This document shows positions 1 through 10,043 of a stretch of DNA of 63,208 bases, in pieces. Positions within the stretch are counted from its first letter, which is position 1. Each line of letters begins with the position of its first letter. The stretch comes from a virus (Duplodnaviria > Caudoviricetes): positions 1 through 63,208 of the IMG/VR virus record IMGVR_UViG_3300017700_000880. One strand, written 5' to 3'. The translations under genes and the position numbers were made by a program. Under the pieces are notes generated by a model, which made no database searches, was not told the DNA's origin, and was given only the letters and a program-made list of their open reading frames with translations.

Positions 1-123
1 CACAAGCACGCGATGGAATCTTTGCTTGCGGCGTCGATGGACAAGTATGGAATCGACGTCGGCGATGACGACGCCATCCGTGCGTTCAAGAGCGACATGG
101 CGCACATCCGCACTTGGCGGGAG
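1..123. repeat. Terminal direct repeat copy 1 (assembly overlap of a circular contig)
   Basis: Identical to 63086-63208; lies inside a continuous ORF. Confidence 0.95.
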
Positions 124-240
124 ATTTGGGAATTCACGCAGAAGAAGGGCATCACCGCGACCGTTAACTGGATTGTTGCAGCCTCTCTGCTCAGCCTTGT
201 CACGGGCATCGGTTTCCTGATAAAACGGAATTTCTTCTAA
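1..240 (+). CDS. 3' part of a 124-aa membrane protein that starts at 62951 (DUF6127-like)
   Basis: In frame across the join; C-terminal hydrophobic helix WIVAASLLSLVTGIGFLI. Confidence 0.75.
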   Translation, partial: HKHAMESLLAASMDKYGIDVGDDDAIRAFKSDMAHIRTWREIWEFTQKKGITATVNWIVAASLLSLVTGIGFLIKRNFF

Positions 241-258
241 CACTTGGGGACTCATCAC

Positions 259-1923
259 ATGGCAAAAATGGAAGACGCCGTCTGCATTGCGGCGGTCAAC
301 GCTTACATCGAATATGGCAGTCAACGACTCGCCGCCGACGCGCTCGGGATAGCGCAGTCCAGTTTGAACGTACAACTCAAAGAGGCCAAGGTGCGCGGGC
401 TGTACCGCGAGCCGAGCGGCGCGGCGGAGGTGTTCGAATCCATCGACTACACCTTGCCAGCGAAGGGCAAGGTCAAACGGTACTTCCTGACCTGTGCGCA
501 GGACCACACGAAACTCAACCGGCCGGCGTGGCTGAACATGCAGGCGCTTGCCGACCACTACCGCGACCAGAAGGATTCGGACGGCGTCGAAATTCTGGTC
601 AGCACGTTCAACTATAACAAGGACGCGGTCGGCCAGAGCAAGTCGGCCAAGGGCCGCGACGAGCAGGCGGAATTGGCGGCCAACTTCCCGCGCGAGGTGG
701 TGCCGTTCATCTGCAACGACCGCATCAACCTCACAAAGAATCTCACGTTCGTCGGCGAGGTGCAAATCAGCCCCACGGCGCGCCGGCCGCTCACCGGCTT
801 CGAGAACTACACGTACCGGCGCTCCACCATCATCCCGCACACGACCATCGCGTTGGCCAGTGTGCCGGGTATGCACGACGAAGGCGTGAAGCTCCTGTAC
901 ACGACCGGCACGATGACGCAGCGCAATTACATCAAGCGCCGGGTCGGCTTCCAAGCCGAGCACTATCACGCTTACGGCTTCCTCCTTGTCGAGGTGGACT
1001 CCGATGGTCATTGGTGGTGCCGCCAAGTCCAGCACGGCGCGGACGGCGCAATGCACGACCTGAACATCCGCGTGAAGGCCGGCGACGTTCAGGTGCAAAC
1101 ATCCCTGCCCCTCGGGCGGAACCATAAAAGTTTTGTGGCCGACATCGCGTGGGGCGACACGCACGCCTCGCAGGTCGACCCCGTGGTCGCCGATATCCAG
1201 TGGGGCAAGCGGCCGGACTCGATGCTGGAATTCCTTCACCCGGCATCACAGCACGTCCACGACTTGCTCGACTTCTCCCCGCAGTCGCACCACACGCGGC
1301 GCGACCCGCATCTCGTTTACCGGCACTTCGTGAAAACCCGAGGGAGCGTTACGACCGAATTGCTCACCACGGCGAAGGTCGCCAACGAAATCTATCGCGA
1401 CTGGTGCGATACCGTGGTCGTCAATTCGAACCACGACCGGCACCCCGAGCGCTGGCTCAAGGAGGCCGACTGGCGTGACGACCACGAGAACGCCATCCTC
1501 ATCCTCGACCTGAACAGCGCAATCCTCAAAGCGATTCAGGCCGGCGACGACAACTTCTATTTGCCGGAAATGATGCTGAAGCTCAGCGGCGCGAATCCGA
1601 AGATTCGTTTCCTGCGCGAAGACGAATCGGACATCATCCTCGGCAACATCGACGGCGGCATCGAGGCCGGCTTGCACGGCGACCGTGGTGCCAACGGTGC
1701 CAAGGGCACCGTCAGCGGCATCGCGCGGTCGGGCCGCAAGTACAACATCGCCGACAAACATGCGGCGGCCATCATGGACCTCACCTATTGCGCCGGTACG
1801 AGCGGCCGGCTGAAAATGGGCTTCAACCACGGCCTCACCACATGGACGCACGCCGATATCGTCACATACAGGAACGGCACGCGCGCCATCGTCTCCGTGT
1901 GGAAGGGCAAATACAAGGCTTAA
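259..1923 (+). CDS. T5 A1-like protein: N-terminal HTH plus metallophosphoesterase/nuclease domain
   Basis: HTH SQRLAADALGIAQSSL; motifs WGDTH, HDLLD, SNHD, LHGDRGANGAKG, TWTHADIVTYRNG. Confidence 0.7.
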   Translation: MAKMEDAVCIAAVNAYIEYGSQRLAADALGIAQSSLNVQLKEAKVRGLYREPSGAAEVFESIDYTLPAKGKVKRYFLTCAQDHTKLNRPAWLNMQALADHYRDQKDSDGVEILVSTFNYNKDAVGQSKSAKGRDEQAELAANFPREVVPFICNDRINLTKNLTFVGEVQISPTARRPLTGFENYTYRRSTIIPHTTIALASVPGMHDEGVKLLYTTGTMTQRNYIKRRVGFQAEHYHAYGFLLVEVDSDGHWWCRQVQHGADGAMHDLNIRVKAGDVQVQTSLPLGRNHKSFVADIAWGDTHASQVDPVVADIQWGKRPDSMLEFLHPASQHVHDLLDFSPQSHHTRRDPHLVYRHFVKTRGSVTTELLTTAKVANEIYRDWCDTVVVNSNHDRHPERWLKEADWRDDHENAILILDLNSAILKAIQAGDDNFYLPEMMLKLSGANPKIRFLREDESDIILGNIDGGIEAGLHGDRGANGAKGTVSGIARSGRKYNIADKHAAAIMDLTYCAGTSGRLKMGFNHGLTTWTHADIVTYRNGTRAIVSVWKGKYKA

Positions 1924-1980
1924 CCAAGGCAAAATAAACCCTTGCAATCCCCGCCGCCGTGGTCAACCATGGCGGCGGGA
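1920..1980 (+). promoter_or_regulatory. Putative promoter: CtrA half-site TTAACCA, -35 TTGCAA (1942), inverted repeat over the -10 region
   Basis: Same geometry as the elements at 25292 and 60848. Confidence 0.6.
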
Positions 1981-2005
1981 CGTAACAGCAAAACAGGATA
2001 CAGCC

Positions 2006-2509
2006 ATGCACGGCATCGACCCTCTCCGCGCCCGCGTCTTGGAGATGCGCGCGAAGTCCGCCCCGAAGATTGCCAGCATCCTCGCCAAAAGAGAAGCCGA
2101 CCGCACCGAAGCCGACAAGGCAAAGGCCGCCGCCATCAAAGCGGTGCCGACATACGAGGAGCGCGTGCGCGAATTCTTCGACCTTATCGACACAAGCGCC
2201 GGCCCTGATGAATGCCACCCGTGGAAGGGGGCTCGTAAATTCAACCATCCCGCCGGCCACATCGCGCGATTCGAACAAGCGATTTTCAAAAGCACGCTGT
2301 TCAACACCGCACAGGCAACGCGCATCCTGTGCCTCCTGACCTACGGCCGCGAAGTGCCGGCCGGCAAGGACGTGACGCCGCTGTGCGAGGACCACTTGTG
2401 CTGCAACGTGCGGCACTTCGTTATCACCCCGGAGGGTTGCCCTAGCTTGGGGCTCAAGCTGAACAAGGGTCAGCCGGCCGAGGAATTCTTCTGCGAGGCT
2501 AAAGCCTGA
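2006..2509 (+). CDS. HNH/His-Cys-like endonuclease homolog, possibly inactive
   Basis: DECHPWKG ... PLCEDHLCCNVRH. Confidence 0.55.
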   Translation: MHGIDPLRARVLEMRAKSAPKIASILAKREADRTEADKAKAAAIKAVPTYEERVREFFDLIDTSAGPDECHPWKGARKFNHPAGHIARFEQAIFKSTLFNTAQATRILCLLTYGREVPAGKDVTPLCEDHLCCNVRHFVITPEGCPSLGLKLNKGQPAEEFFCEAKA

Positions 2510-4134
2510 TGGACTTCGTTCCAAAGACAAAACAGTTCGACCATCAACACGCATTCCTCGAAGAGCATTACGACGCCGAGGCGTTTGCGATGTGGTGGGA
2601 GCAGGGCACCGGCAAGTCGAAGGGCCTCATCGACAATTCGGCGATGCTGTATTGCGACGGGGCCATCGGCGGCCAGTTCGTGCTCGCGCCGAACGGCTTG
2701 CACCGTAATTTCGTGACCAAGGAATTGCCTAAGCATCTCCCCGACGCCATCGCGGAGAAGGCCAAGGCGCTGTTCTGGCGCACCGACAAGTCGGGGACCA
2801 AGTGGCATCAGAACGAGGCGCGCGAGTTGCTGGCGCACAAAGGATTCACGACGCTGGCCATGAGCTACGATGGCATCATGACCGAAGACGGCCGCAAGCT
2901 GGCCAAGGAATACCTGCAGGGCCGGCGGTGCATGTACGGCATGGACGAGTCCGGCCGCATCGCAAACCCTGAAGCCGACCGCACCATCCGCGTCCTCGGG
3001 TCCGCGCCTTTCGCCCCGTTCCGCCGTGGCATGACCGGCACGCCTATCGCTGGCCGGCCGTGGGACGTGTACACGCAAATCAAATTCCTCGACGCCAACT
3101 TCTGGAAACCTTATGGGCTCGATTCACCCGAGGCGATGAAGACCGCATTCGGTGTATGGGACCGGGTCGGCAAGCGCGTCACGGCACAGCAAGCCAAGCG
3201 CGGCAAGGGGCTGGAGAAGCACTACGACCGGGTCGGAATGCCGGAAGAGTTGCGGACCAAGTACCGCGAGGACGGCGATGGGACGGCGTTCATGCTGTTG
3301 CCGGTCATAAAGAAAAATGATTACGGCCGGCCGCAATACAAAAACCTCGAACGGCTCCGTGAAATTGTTTCCAAGATTCGAAGCCGCGTTCTCAAAAAGG
3401 ACGTGTTCGACTTGCCGCCGAAGATGTACACGCCGGTCGAGTACGAGATGGCCCCGGCACAGCGCCGCGCCTATGACTCGCTGAAGAAACTCGGATACGC
3501 AATCCACGAGGAGTCGGGCGGGCTGATGACGTCGCCGATGGCGATGACCACCATACTGCGCCTCCAGCAAATCGCGTGCGGGTACCTTGTGCAAGACTTG
3601 GACCCCAATGACACGAGCGAGGAGCCGAAGGTGCACGCCTTCGAGCCGAATCCGCGCATCGATATCATGCTGGAAATCACCGAGGGCCTCGACCACCCGG
3701 CGCTCATATGGGCACGCTTCCGCGCTGACATCGACCAAATCATGAAGGGGCTGGCAAAGCAAGGCAAGCGCGCCGCGCGCTATGATGGCACCATCAGCGA
3801 CGACGAGTGCGCGGAGAACGAGGACCGCTTCCACCGTGGCGAGGTTCAGTTCCTTGTGTTGAATCCCGCCAAGGGCTCCGAGGGCCTTACACTGAACGAA
3901 GCCAAGACCGTCATCTATTATTCGAACAGCTTCAAACTCATCGACCGACTGCAATCTGAGGACCGCAACCACCGCTATGGCCAATACAACGCCGTTAACT
4001 ACATCGACTTAATCGCACGCGGCACCGTTGACGAACAAATAGTCGAATCGCTACAAGCCAAGTATGACGTCGCCAGCGTCGTGACCGGGGACGGGTTGCG
4101 GTCTTGGCTTGCACCGAGCGACGGTTTCCTGTAA
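2509..4134 (+). CDS. SNF2-family (SF2) helicase
   Basis: EQGTGKS, DES, TGTP, SEGLTL, QSEDRNHRYGQ. Confidence 0.92.
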   Translation: MDFVPKTKQFDHQHAFLEEHYDAEAFAMWWEQGTGKSKGLIDNSAMLYCDGAIGGQFVLAPNGLHRNFVTKELPKHLPDAIAEKAKALFWRTDKSGTKWHQNEARELLAHKGFTTLAMSYDGIMTEDGRKLAKEYLQGRRCMYGMDESGRIANPEADRTIRVLGSAPFAPFRRGMTGTPIAGRPWDVYTQIKFLDANFWKPYGLDSPEAMKTAFGVWDRVGKRVTAQQAKRGKGLEKHYDRVGMPEELRTKYREDGDGTAFMLLPVIKKNDYGRPQYKNLERLREIVSKIRSRVLKKDVFDLPPKMYTPVEYEMAPAQRRAYDSLKKLGYAIHEESGGLMTSPMAMTTILRLQQIACGYLVQDLDPNDTSEEPKVHAFEPNPRIDIMLEITEGLDHPALIWARFRADIDQIMKGLAKQGKRAARYDGTISDDECAENEDRFHRGEVQFLVLNPAKGSEGLTLNEAKTVIYYSNSFKLIDRLQSEDRNHRYGQYNAVNYIDLIARGTVDEQIVESLQAKYDVASVVTGDGLRSWLAPSDGFL

Positions 4135-4162
4135 ACACCGCACACCCTCGGGAGGGGTTAAA

Positions 4163-4861
4163 ATGACAAACGATACCGACGACACCTTGCACGTTGGCCA
4201 AGGCGCTGCGCCAGTGGCCACCCCGCTCGCCGCCATCCTTGGCACGGCCAGCGCCGACGAGAACTACGGCGGCGACTCAGCCGATACGCCCATCACCGCC
4301 GACAGCTTGACCGCGTTGCGCGAGTTGGCGCAGCAACAGTTGAACGAGATGCGCGCCGTGGCCGATGCCGCGCAAGCCCTCAAGGATGCGAACAAGCGCC
4401 TCGCCAATATCGCCGAGGACAAACTGCCGAAGTTGATGAAGGAATTCGGCATGCCCCAATTCAATTTCATCGACGGCCACGATGGCAGCGTGCTCACCAT
4501 CAAGCGCGTCGAGAAACTGTACGTCTCGATGCCGAAGAACGACGCCGAGCACGCGGTCGAGCGCGAGGAAATCTTCGCTTGGCTCCGCACAAAAGACCTC
4601 GGCGGGTCCATCAAAGAGACCATGGAAATCAACCTCGGGCTCCACGTTGACGGCATCACCGAAAAACTGCAAGCGGCGCTCAACGCCACCGGCCTCAACC
4701 TCGACGTCGCCATCGATAAGAAAATCGAACCGGCAACGCTGACCGCCGCCGTCACCCGCCTCAAGGAAGCGGGCGAAAACATTCACGCCAGCATCAAGGT
4801 CACGCCGGCCGACTTCGCCGATGTGGTCGTCAAGACCAAGGCCAAGAGCAAGCGTAAGTAA
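4163..4861 (+). CDS. Hypothetical protein in the replication module
   Basis: RBS GGAGG; long ORF between the helicase and SSB. Confidence 0.75.
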   Translation: MTNDTDDTLHVGQGAAPVATPLAAILGTASADENYGGDSADTPITADSLTALRELAQQQLNEMRAVADAAQALKDANKRLANIAEDKLPKLMKEFGMPQFNFIDGHDGSVLTIKRVEKLYVSMPKNDAEHAVEREEIFAWLRTKDLGGSIKETMEINLGLHVDGITEKLQAALNATGLNLDVAIDKKIEPATLTAAVTRLKEAGENIHASIKVTPADFADVVVKTKAKSKRK

Positions 4862-4950
4862 TTCCCCTTAAGACGGGGAGTCCCTGCCCGAGGGGAGATT
4901 CGGGCCGTACCGCCGCGCGCGTTAGCCGGCTCAACACGGAGGCCCATCAC

Positions 4951-5871
4951 ATGGCCGAAACGAAACAGACTGAGACCAAGGCGGTTGCCAAGGTCGACGA
5001 ACAGAAGCCGGCGGATAACCCGCTGGCGCTTATCGGCGGCAGCACCACCGAGATGGCGAACTTCGATTACAGCGGCGGCGGCGTCTCGGGCTTCGAGAAC
5101 ACGTCGCGCGAGGACTTCAAGCGCCCGTTCCTGCGGGTGCTTCAGGCCAACTCGCCGCAGGTCGAAACCGTCGAAGGTGCCAAGGCCGGCAAGCTCATCA
5201 ACACCATCTCGAATCAGTTGTTCGAGACGGCCGCCTTCATCCCGGCCATCACCGAGCACTATTACATCGAGTGGGTGCCGCGCGAAGAAGGTCAGACCGA
5301 TGGCGGCGGGCTGGTCGGTGCGTTCCCTGTGGTCGGCGGCGTCGTGCAGTCGGACATGGTCAAGGCCGCGCTCGAAAAGCAGGGCGGCAAGTTCAACCGT
5401 GGGGCGGACGGCAAGGTCATCCTCGCCAAGTCGCCGGACGGTAACAACCTGATCGAGACGAAGTACGTGTACGGCTTGCTGCTCACCGAAGACGGTAGCG
5501 TCACGCCCATCACTGTGCCGTTCTCCTCGACTCAGTTGCCGGCCTTCGTCGACCTGATGAGCAAGGCGCAAGGCGAGACCTACGTCGACGGCAAGGATGG
5601 CAAGCGCAAGTCGAAGCCGCTGTACGCGCACGCCTTCAAACTCGGCTCGGTCAAGACGCAAAAGAACGGCAATACGTGGTACAAGATGACGGTCGACTTC
5701 TTCGGCGGCAGCGCGGCGAAGAGCCTCGTGCCCATGAACAGCGACCTCGGCTTGGCCGCCATCAATCTGGCGAAGGCTGTGCGCGACGGTGCGTACAAGG
5801 CCGACCACGAACAGGGTGCTGCGGCCGACAAGGCCGAAGGTGCTGGCGCGGATTCCGAAATCCCGTTCTAA
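4951..5871 (+). CDS. Single-stranded DNA-binding protein (putative)
   Basis: GFEN..ED...PFLRVLQANSPQV N-terminal motif; acidic tail ending DSEIPF. Confidence 0.7.
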   Translation: MAETKQTETKAVAKVDEQKPADNPLALIGGSTTEMANFDYSGGGVSGFENTSREDFKRPFLRVLQANSPQVETVEGAKAGKLINTISNQLFETAAFIPAITEHYYIEWVPREEGQTDGGGLVGAFPVVGGVVQSDMVKAALEKQGGKFNRGADGKVILAKSPDGNNLIETKYVYGLLLTEDGSVTPITVPFSSTQLPAFVDLMSKAQGETYVDGKDGKRKSKPLYAHAFKLGSVKTQKNGNTWYKMTVDFFGGSAAKSLVPMNSDLGLAAINLAKAVRDGAYKADHEQGAAADKAEGAGADSEIPF

Positions 5872-5900
5872 CACCGAGGCGCCTCAACACAACGTAAGAC

Positions 5901-5930
5901 GGCGGGGAGTCGCGTCCCCGCCGCCCTTTA
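5901..5930 (+). terminator. Stem-loop or weak terminator after ssb
   Basis: ggcgggga-gtcgcg-tccccgcc followed by a short T run. Confidence 0.45.
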
Positions 5931-5959
5931 CAAAACATCATCAACGGGATACCAAAGCC

Positions 5960-6268
5960 ATGAAATCAATCAGCCGACTCCTCATGACGACCGCCGCATC
6001 GGCCCTCTCCTTTATGGGAGCGGGTACAGAACAGAAGGCCGCGCGCCGCGTGCGCAGCGCCGTCACCCCCAAGGCCGGCAAAAAGGGTATGTATGGCCGC
6101 CGCCTCATCCGCTACGAGCGCACCGGCCCGTTCTACCGGCAGACCGGCGTGCGCGCTGACGGCCGCGAAATCATGCGCCCGTATTTCGTGCACAAGGTTC
6201 TGCACGCGACCAAGGGCTGGCGCACGTACCATCATCTCCCGATTGCCTTCAGCGCCGGCTCGCGCTGA
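5960..6268 (+). CDS. Basic hypothetical protein
   Basis: ATG after the hairpin; TGATG coupling to the next ORF. Confidence 0.6.
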   Translation: MKSISRLLMTTAASALSFMGAGTEQKAARRVRSAVTPKAGKKGMYGRRLIRYERTGPFYRQTGVRADGREIMRPYFVHKVLHATKGWRTYHHLPIAFSAGSR

Positions 6269-6441
6269 TGGGATGGGGTCATGGGTGGTTCGCCGGCTGG
6301 AGAACGGCCGGCAAGGATGAGCGCAAGGCGCGCATCCGCTCCAGCTTCCCGCGAATCCCCAAGCCGGCGCGCACCGTTCGACACGCGCCGGCACGGCAAC
6401 CGACATTTGATTATCGTCTGCGCAAGTGGAGGCACGGCTGA
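6268..6441 (+). CDS. 57-aa basic hypothetical protein (below the ORF-track cutoff)
   Basis: TGATG overlaps at both ends. Confidence 0.5.
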   Translation: MGWGHGWFAGWRTAGKDERKARIRSSFPRIPKPARTVRHAPARQPTFDYRLRKWRHG

Positions 6442-7226
6442 TGCGGTACATGGGCTCCAAGGGGCGATTCGCCAAAGCGTTGGTCCCTGAGATTATGCGC
6501 TGGCACCATGAGACGATGCCATACGTGGAGCCGTTCGTCGGCGGCGGGAATATGATTTGCAAGATTCCCGCCGTGCCGGCCGGCCGCACCGGATACGATG
6601 CGAATAAATACGTGGTCGCCCTCCTTGAGGCCGTGCGCGACGGATACCATCCGCCTGAGCACATCTCCGAGGAAATTTACAACGACGTCCGCGACAACCC
6701 CGACTCCTTTAGCCCCGCGCTGGTCGGCTTCGTCGGCACCGCGTGCACCTTCGGGTCCAAGTGGTTCGGCGGATACGCACGCACCTCGCGCACCGGAGAG
6801 CGCGTGCGGGACTATTGCGCTGAAGGCCGCGCCGCGCTATTGAAGCAAGCGCCGTCCCTGTACGGCATTCGCTTCAAGCATTCCGATTACAAGGACATCC
6901 AATTTGTTCTCCCGTCGCTCATCTATTGCGACCCGCCGTATGCCGACACCGATGCGCGGTACCAAAAGGGATTCGACTCCGCCGCGTTCTGGCGATGGGC
7001 TGATGACCTTGTCGAGGCCGGGCATCGCGTGTACGTCTCCGAATACGAAGCGCCTGACCACTGGCGCTGCATCTGGAACAAGCCGTTGAAAGTGGTCATG
7101 AACGGCACAAACTCAAAGCACGCAACCGAGCGGCTTTACACCCGAGGGAAATCATTCGATGAAGTACATGGGCAGCAAGGCGAAGCACGCCAACGACATT
7201 CTCAAGATTGTACTTGCGGCGCGTAA
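6441..7226 (+). CDS. Dam/D12-class N6-adenine DNA methyltransferase 1
   Basis: YMGSK, YVEPFVGGG, YCDPPY, VSEY. Confidence 0.9.
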   Translation: MRYMGSKGRFAKALVPEIMRWHHETMPYVEPFVGGGNMICKIPAVPAGRTGYDANKYVVALLEAVRDGYHPPEHISEEIYNDVRDNPDSFSPALVGFVGTACTFGSKWFGGYARTSRTGERVRDYCAEGRAALLKQAPSLYGIRFKHSDYKDIQFVLPSLIYCDPPYADTDARYQKGFDSAAFWRWADDLVEAGHRVYVSEYEAPDHWRCIWNKPLKVVMNGTNSKHATERLYTRGKSFDEVHGQQGEARQRHSQDCTCGA

Positions 7227-8130
7227 GCCGGGGCAATACTACGTCGAGCCGTTCGTTGGCGGTGCCAACGTGATGAGCCATGTGCCGACCGTCGAGGCCG
7301 AGCACGGCTACGCCACCGGCCCGCGCCTCGGGTGCGATATCAACCGGTACATGGTCGCGTTGCACACGGCGCTCGCCGCCGGCTGGCAACCGCCGCGCGA
7401 CCTGAAGCCGCAAGAGTACCGGCTCATCAAGGCGCGGCCGGATGACTTCCCGCCTGAACTCGTGGCCTTTGTGGCGACCGGCGTCACGTTCGGCTCCATG
7501 TGGTTCGGCGAATACGTCAAGGATGGCCCCGGCGAGAACCGGTGCCGGCAGTCGGCCGACTCATGCTTGCGTGATGCGCCCGGCCTCACTGGCGCGGAGT
7601 TTCGTCATTGGGAATTCAACAGCGACGACATGAGCGCGTTCCTGAAAGCGCACAAGCCGGCGTTGGTCTATTGCGACCCGCCGTATGTCAATACGACGAG
7701 TTATGCCGGCGCGAAGAAGACGATCAAGGTCGGCGATTCGCTCGGCGCGAATACGTGGAAGGCGAGCAAGTTCTGGAAATGGGCCGACGCGCTCGTCGAC
7801 GAAGGGCACAGCGTTTTCGTCAGCGAGTACACCGGCCCGTCGACCGATGTGTACGCCAGCCTCCCGCAATCGGACGCGGAGAAGGCCACGCGCGCCGCCG
7901 CCGCCGCGTTCCAAGCATCGACCGAGTACAGCGCCGCCGGTATGGAGGAGCACTTCGCGCGCATCAAATCGCACGAGGCCGAGCGCCGCGCCGCCGCCGA
8001 GGCCATGTGCGCGCGATGGGAGGTGGTGTGGTCGAAGGAAGTGACCGCCGACTTCAGCGCCAGCCGCGAGGCCGGCGTCAAGACCGGCAAGGTCGAAGTC
8101 GAAAAGCTGTTTCACCGAAAGGCCGCTTAA
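7159..8130 (+). CDS. Dam/D12-class N6-adenine DNA methyltransferase 2
   Basis: YMGSK, YVEPFVGGA, YCDPPY, VSEY; Ala-rich insertion. Confidence 0.9.
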   Translation: MKYMGSKAKHANDILKIVLAARKPGQYYVEPFVGGANVMSHVPTVEAEHGYATGPRLGCDINRYMVALHTALAAGWQPPRDLKPQEYRLIKARPDDFPPELVAFVATGVTFGSMWFGEYVKDGPGENRCRQSADSCLRDAPGLTGAEFRHWEFNSDDMSAFLKAHKPALVYCDPPYVNTTSYAGAKKTIKVGDSLGANTWKASKFWKWADALVDEGHSVFVSEYTGPSTDVYASLPQSDAEKATRAAAAAFQASTEYSAAGMEEHFARIKSHEAERRAAAEAMCARWEVVWSKEVTADFSASREAGVKTGKVEVEKLFHRKAA

Positions 8131-8131
8131 C

Positions 8132-9385
8132 ATGGAATGGTCACCGCAACAGGCCGCCGCGCTTGACAAGGTTCAGGCGTGGCTCGACAACCCCGACGCC
8201 GAGCAAGTGTTCAAGCTGTTCGGATACGCCGGCACCGGCAAGTCGACGCTGGCGCAGGAGATTGCCAAGATGGACTCGGCGGGTTACGTGCAATTCGCCA
8301 GCTTTACCGGCAAGGCGGCCGTCGTCATGCGCCGCAAGGGTTGCGAGAACGCGCGCACGTTGCACGGCCTCATCTACCGGTCGCACGAGAAGGCCAAGAC
8401 CGAATTGATGCGGCTGGAGGCGCTGCTCGAAACCGCCAAGGCGCACAGTCAGCCCATCGGCGACATCACGCGCGCCATCGAAGCGGAGAAGGACAACGTG
8501 CGCCAGCCGGGTTTTACCAAAAAGCCGGACGCGCTCCAGCTATGGGAAGGCTCGTTCGAAGACGGCGACCGCCGCCCCACGCACCGCATCGACACCTTCT
8601 GCATCGATGAATGCTCAATGGTGGACGAGCGCCTCGGCGGCGACTTGCTTTCCTTCGGTGCCAAGACGCTGGTCCTCGGCGACCCCGCACAGCTTCCGCC
8701 CGTCATGGGTGGCGGTTTCTTCACGAACGGCAAGCCGGACGTGCTGTTGACGGAGATTCACCGGCAAGCGGCCGACAACCCCATCATCCAAATGGCCAGC
8801 CGTATCCGTCAAGGCGACAACCTCGACCTCGGCGAGTACGGCGAGTCGCGCGTGGCGTACACGAGCGAACTCAGCCCCGGCACATGGCTTCAGGCCGACC
8901 AAATCCTGTGCGGGAAGAACATCACGCGCCAGCAAATCAACGGCCGGGTGCGCCAGCTACGCGGCTTTGAGGGGTACCTTCCATGCCCCGGCGAGAAGCT
9001 GGTCTGCCTCCGCAACTCGCGCGAGGAGGAATTGCTCAATGGCTCGCTTTGGGAGTGCCTTGAGTCCATCGATGCGCCGGACGGCGACACCTTTCGGGTG
9101 CGCCTGAAGTCGCTCGACGCTGTTGCCGGCGAGGAGCGTGAGATGACCACGCTCGTCCACAAGGCCAACTTTATGGGTGTGAAGCTGGACGACTACTTCG
9201 ACCGGCTGCGCGCCAACGAATTCGACTTCGGCTATGCGCTGACGGTGCACAAGGCGCAAGGCTCGCAATGGGACAACGTCGTCATCATGGACGAATGGAA
9301 TCGCCAAGACTCGCGCCAGCAATGGCTTTACACGGCGGTCACCCGAGCAGCAGAGCGCGTCACCGTGGCGCGGAGGGGCGGATGA
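8132..9385 (+). CDS. RecD/Dda-like SF1B helicase
   Basis: GYAGTGKS, DECSM, GDPAQLPPV, TVHKAQGSQW, YTAVTRA. Confidence 0.92.
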   Translation: MEWSPQQAAALDKVQAWLDNPDAEQVFKLFGYAGTGKSTLAQEIAKMDSAGYVQFASFTGKAAVVMRRKGCENARTLHGLIYRSHEKAKTELMRLEALLETAKAHSQPIGDITRAIEAEKDNVRQPGFTKKPDALQLWEGSFEDGDRRPTHRIDTFCIDECSMVDERLGGDLLSFGAKTLVLGDPAQLPPVMGGGFFTNGKPDVLLTEIHRQAADNPIIQMASRIRQGDNLDLGEYGESRVAYTSELSPGTWLQADQILCGKNITRQQINGRVRQLRGFEGYLPCPGEKLVCLRNSREEELLNGSLWECLESIDAPDGDTFRVRLKSLDAVAGEEREMTTLVHKANFMGVKLDDYFDRLRANEFDFGYALTVHKAQGSQWDNVVIMDEWNRQDSRQQWLYTAVTRAAERVTVARRGG

Positions 9386-9558
9386 TTCCATCATTGGTCA
9401 CGGCATTCTTCGACCCACGCATCTTTAACTATGTGATGATGGGGATGTGCCTTTGTGCGGCGGCGCGCTGGACATTGGCGGGGCAATGGTGGCAGGTTCT
9501 TTATTGGATTGCCGCCGGCCTCATCACCGTCGCCGTCACGAATGGGTTCACGAAATGA
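9382..9558 (+). CDS. Small membrane protein
   Basis: ATGA overlaps; two hydrophobic segments. Confidence 0.6.
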   Translation: MIPSLVTAFFDPRIFNYVMMGMCLCAAARWTLAGQWWQVLYWIAAGLITVAVTNGFTK

Positions 9559-10043
9559 AGTCGGTCACGCGCACCACGCAAGTCAACGGCAAGCAGGTCA
9601 GCACGCCGACCGACAATTCCTATCGCTGCATGAAGGCGCGCTGCCTCCGCACAACGCACCCTTATTATTATATGTATGGCGGCGCTGGCGTGAAGATTTG
9701 CGACCGATGGCTCAACGGCGAAGGCGGCCTCACGGGCTTCGAATGCTTCGTCGCCGACGTCGGTGAGCGGCCGTCGAAGTACCACACGCTCGACCGCAAG
9801 GACGGGAAGCTTGGATACACGAAAGATAACTGCGAGTGGCGGACCAAAAAGCAACAGCAGAACAACCTCAAGAGCAACCGCATCATAGTGCTCGATGGGG
9901 TCAATTATACGTTGAGCGAGGCGGTCGACAAGTATAAGATGCGGGCGAATTACTTCGCCATCGTCAAGCGCATGGGGCGGGGCATGGACTTCCTCGCTGC
10001 GGTAGCAAAACCTTTTCCAGAACGCAAAAAGAGGGCAGCATGA
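9555..10043 (+). CDS. HNH-family endonuclease-like protein
   Basis: MKARC..YGGAGVKICDRW..TLDRKDGKLGYTKDNCEW. Confidence 0.75.
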   Translation: MKSVTRTTQVNGKQVSTPTDNSYRCMKARCLRTTHPYYYMYGGAGVKICDRWLNGEGGLTGFECFVADVGERPSKYHTLDRKDGKLGYTKDNCEWRTKKQQQNNLKSNRIIVLDGVNYTLSEAVDKYKMRANYFAIVKRMGRGMDFLAAVAKPFPERKKRAA

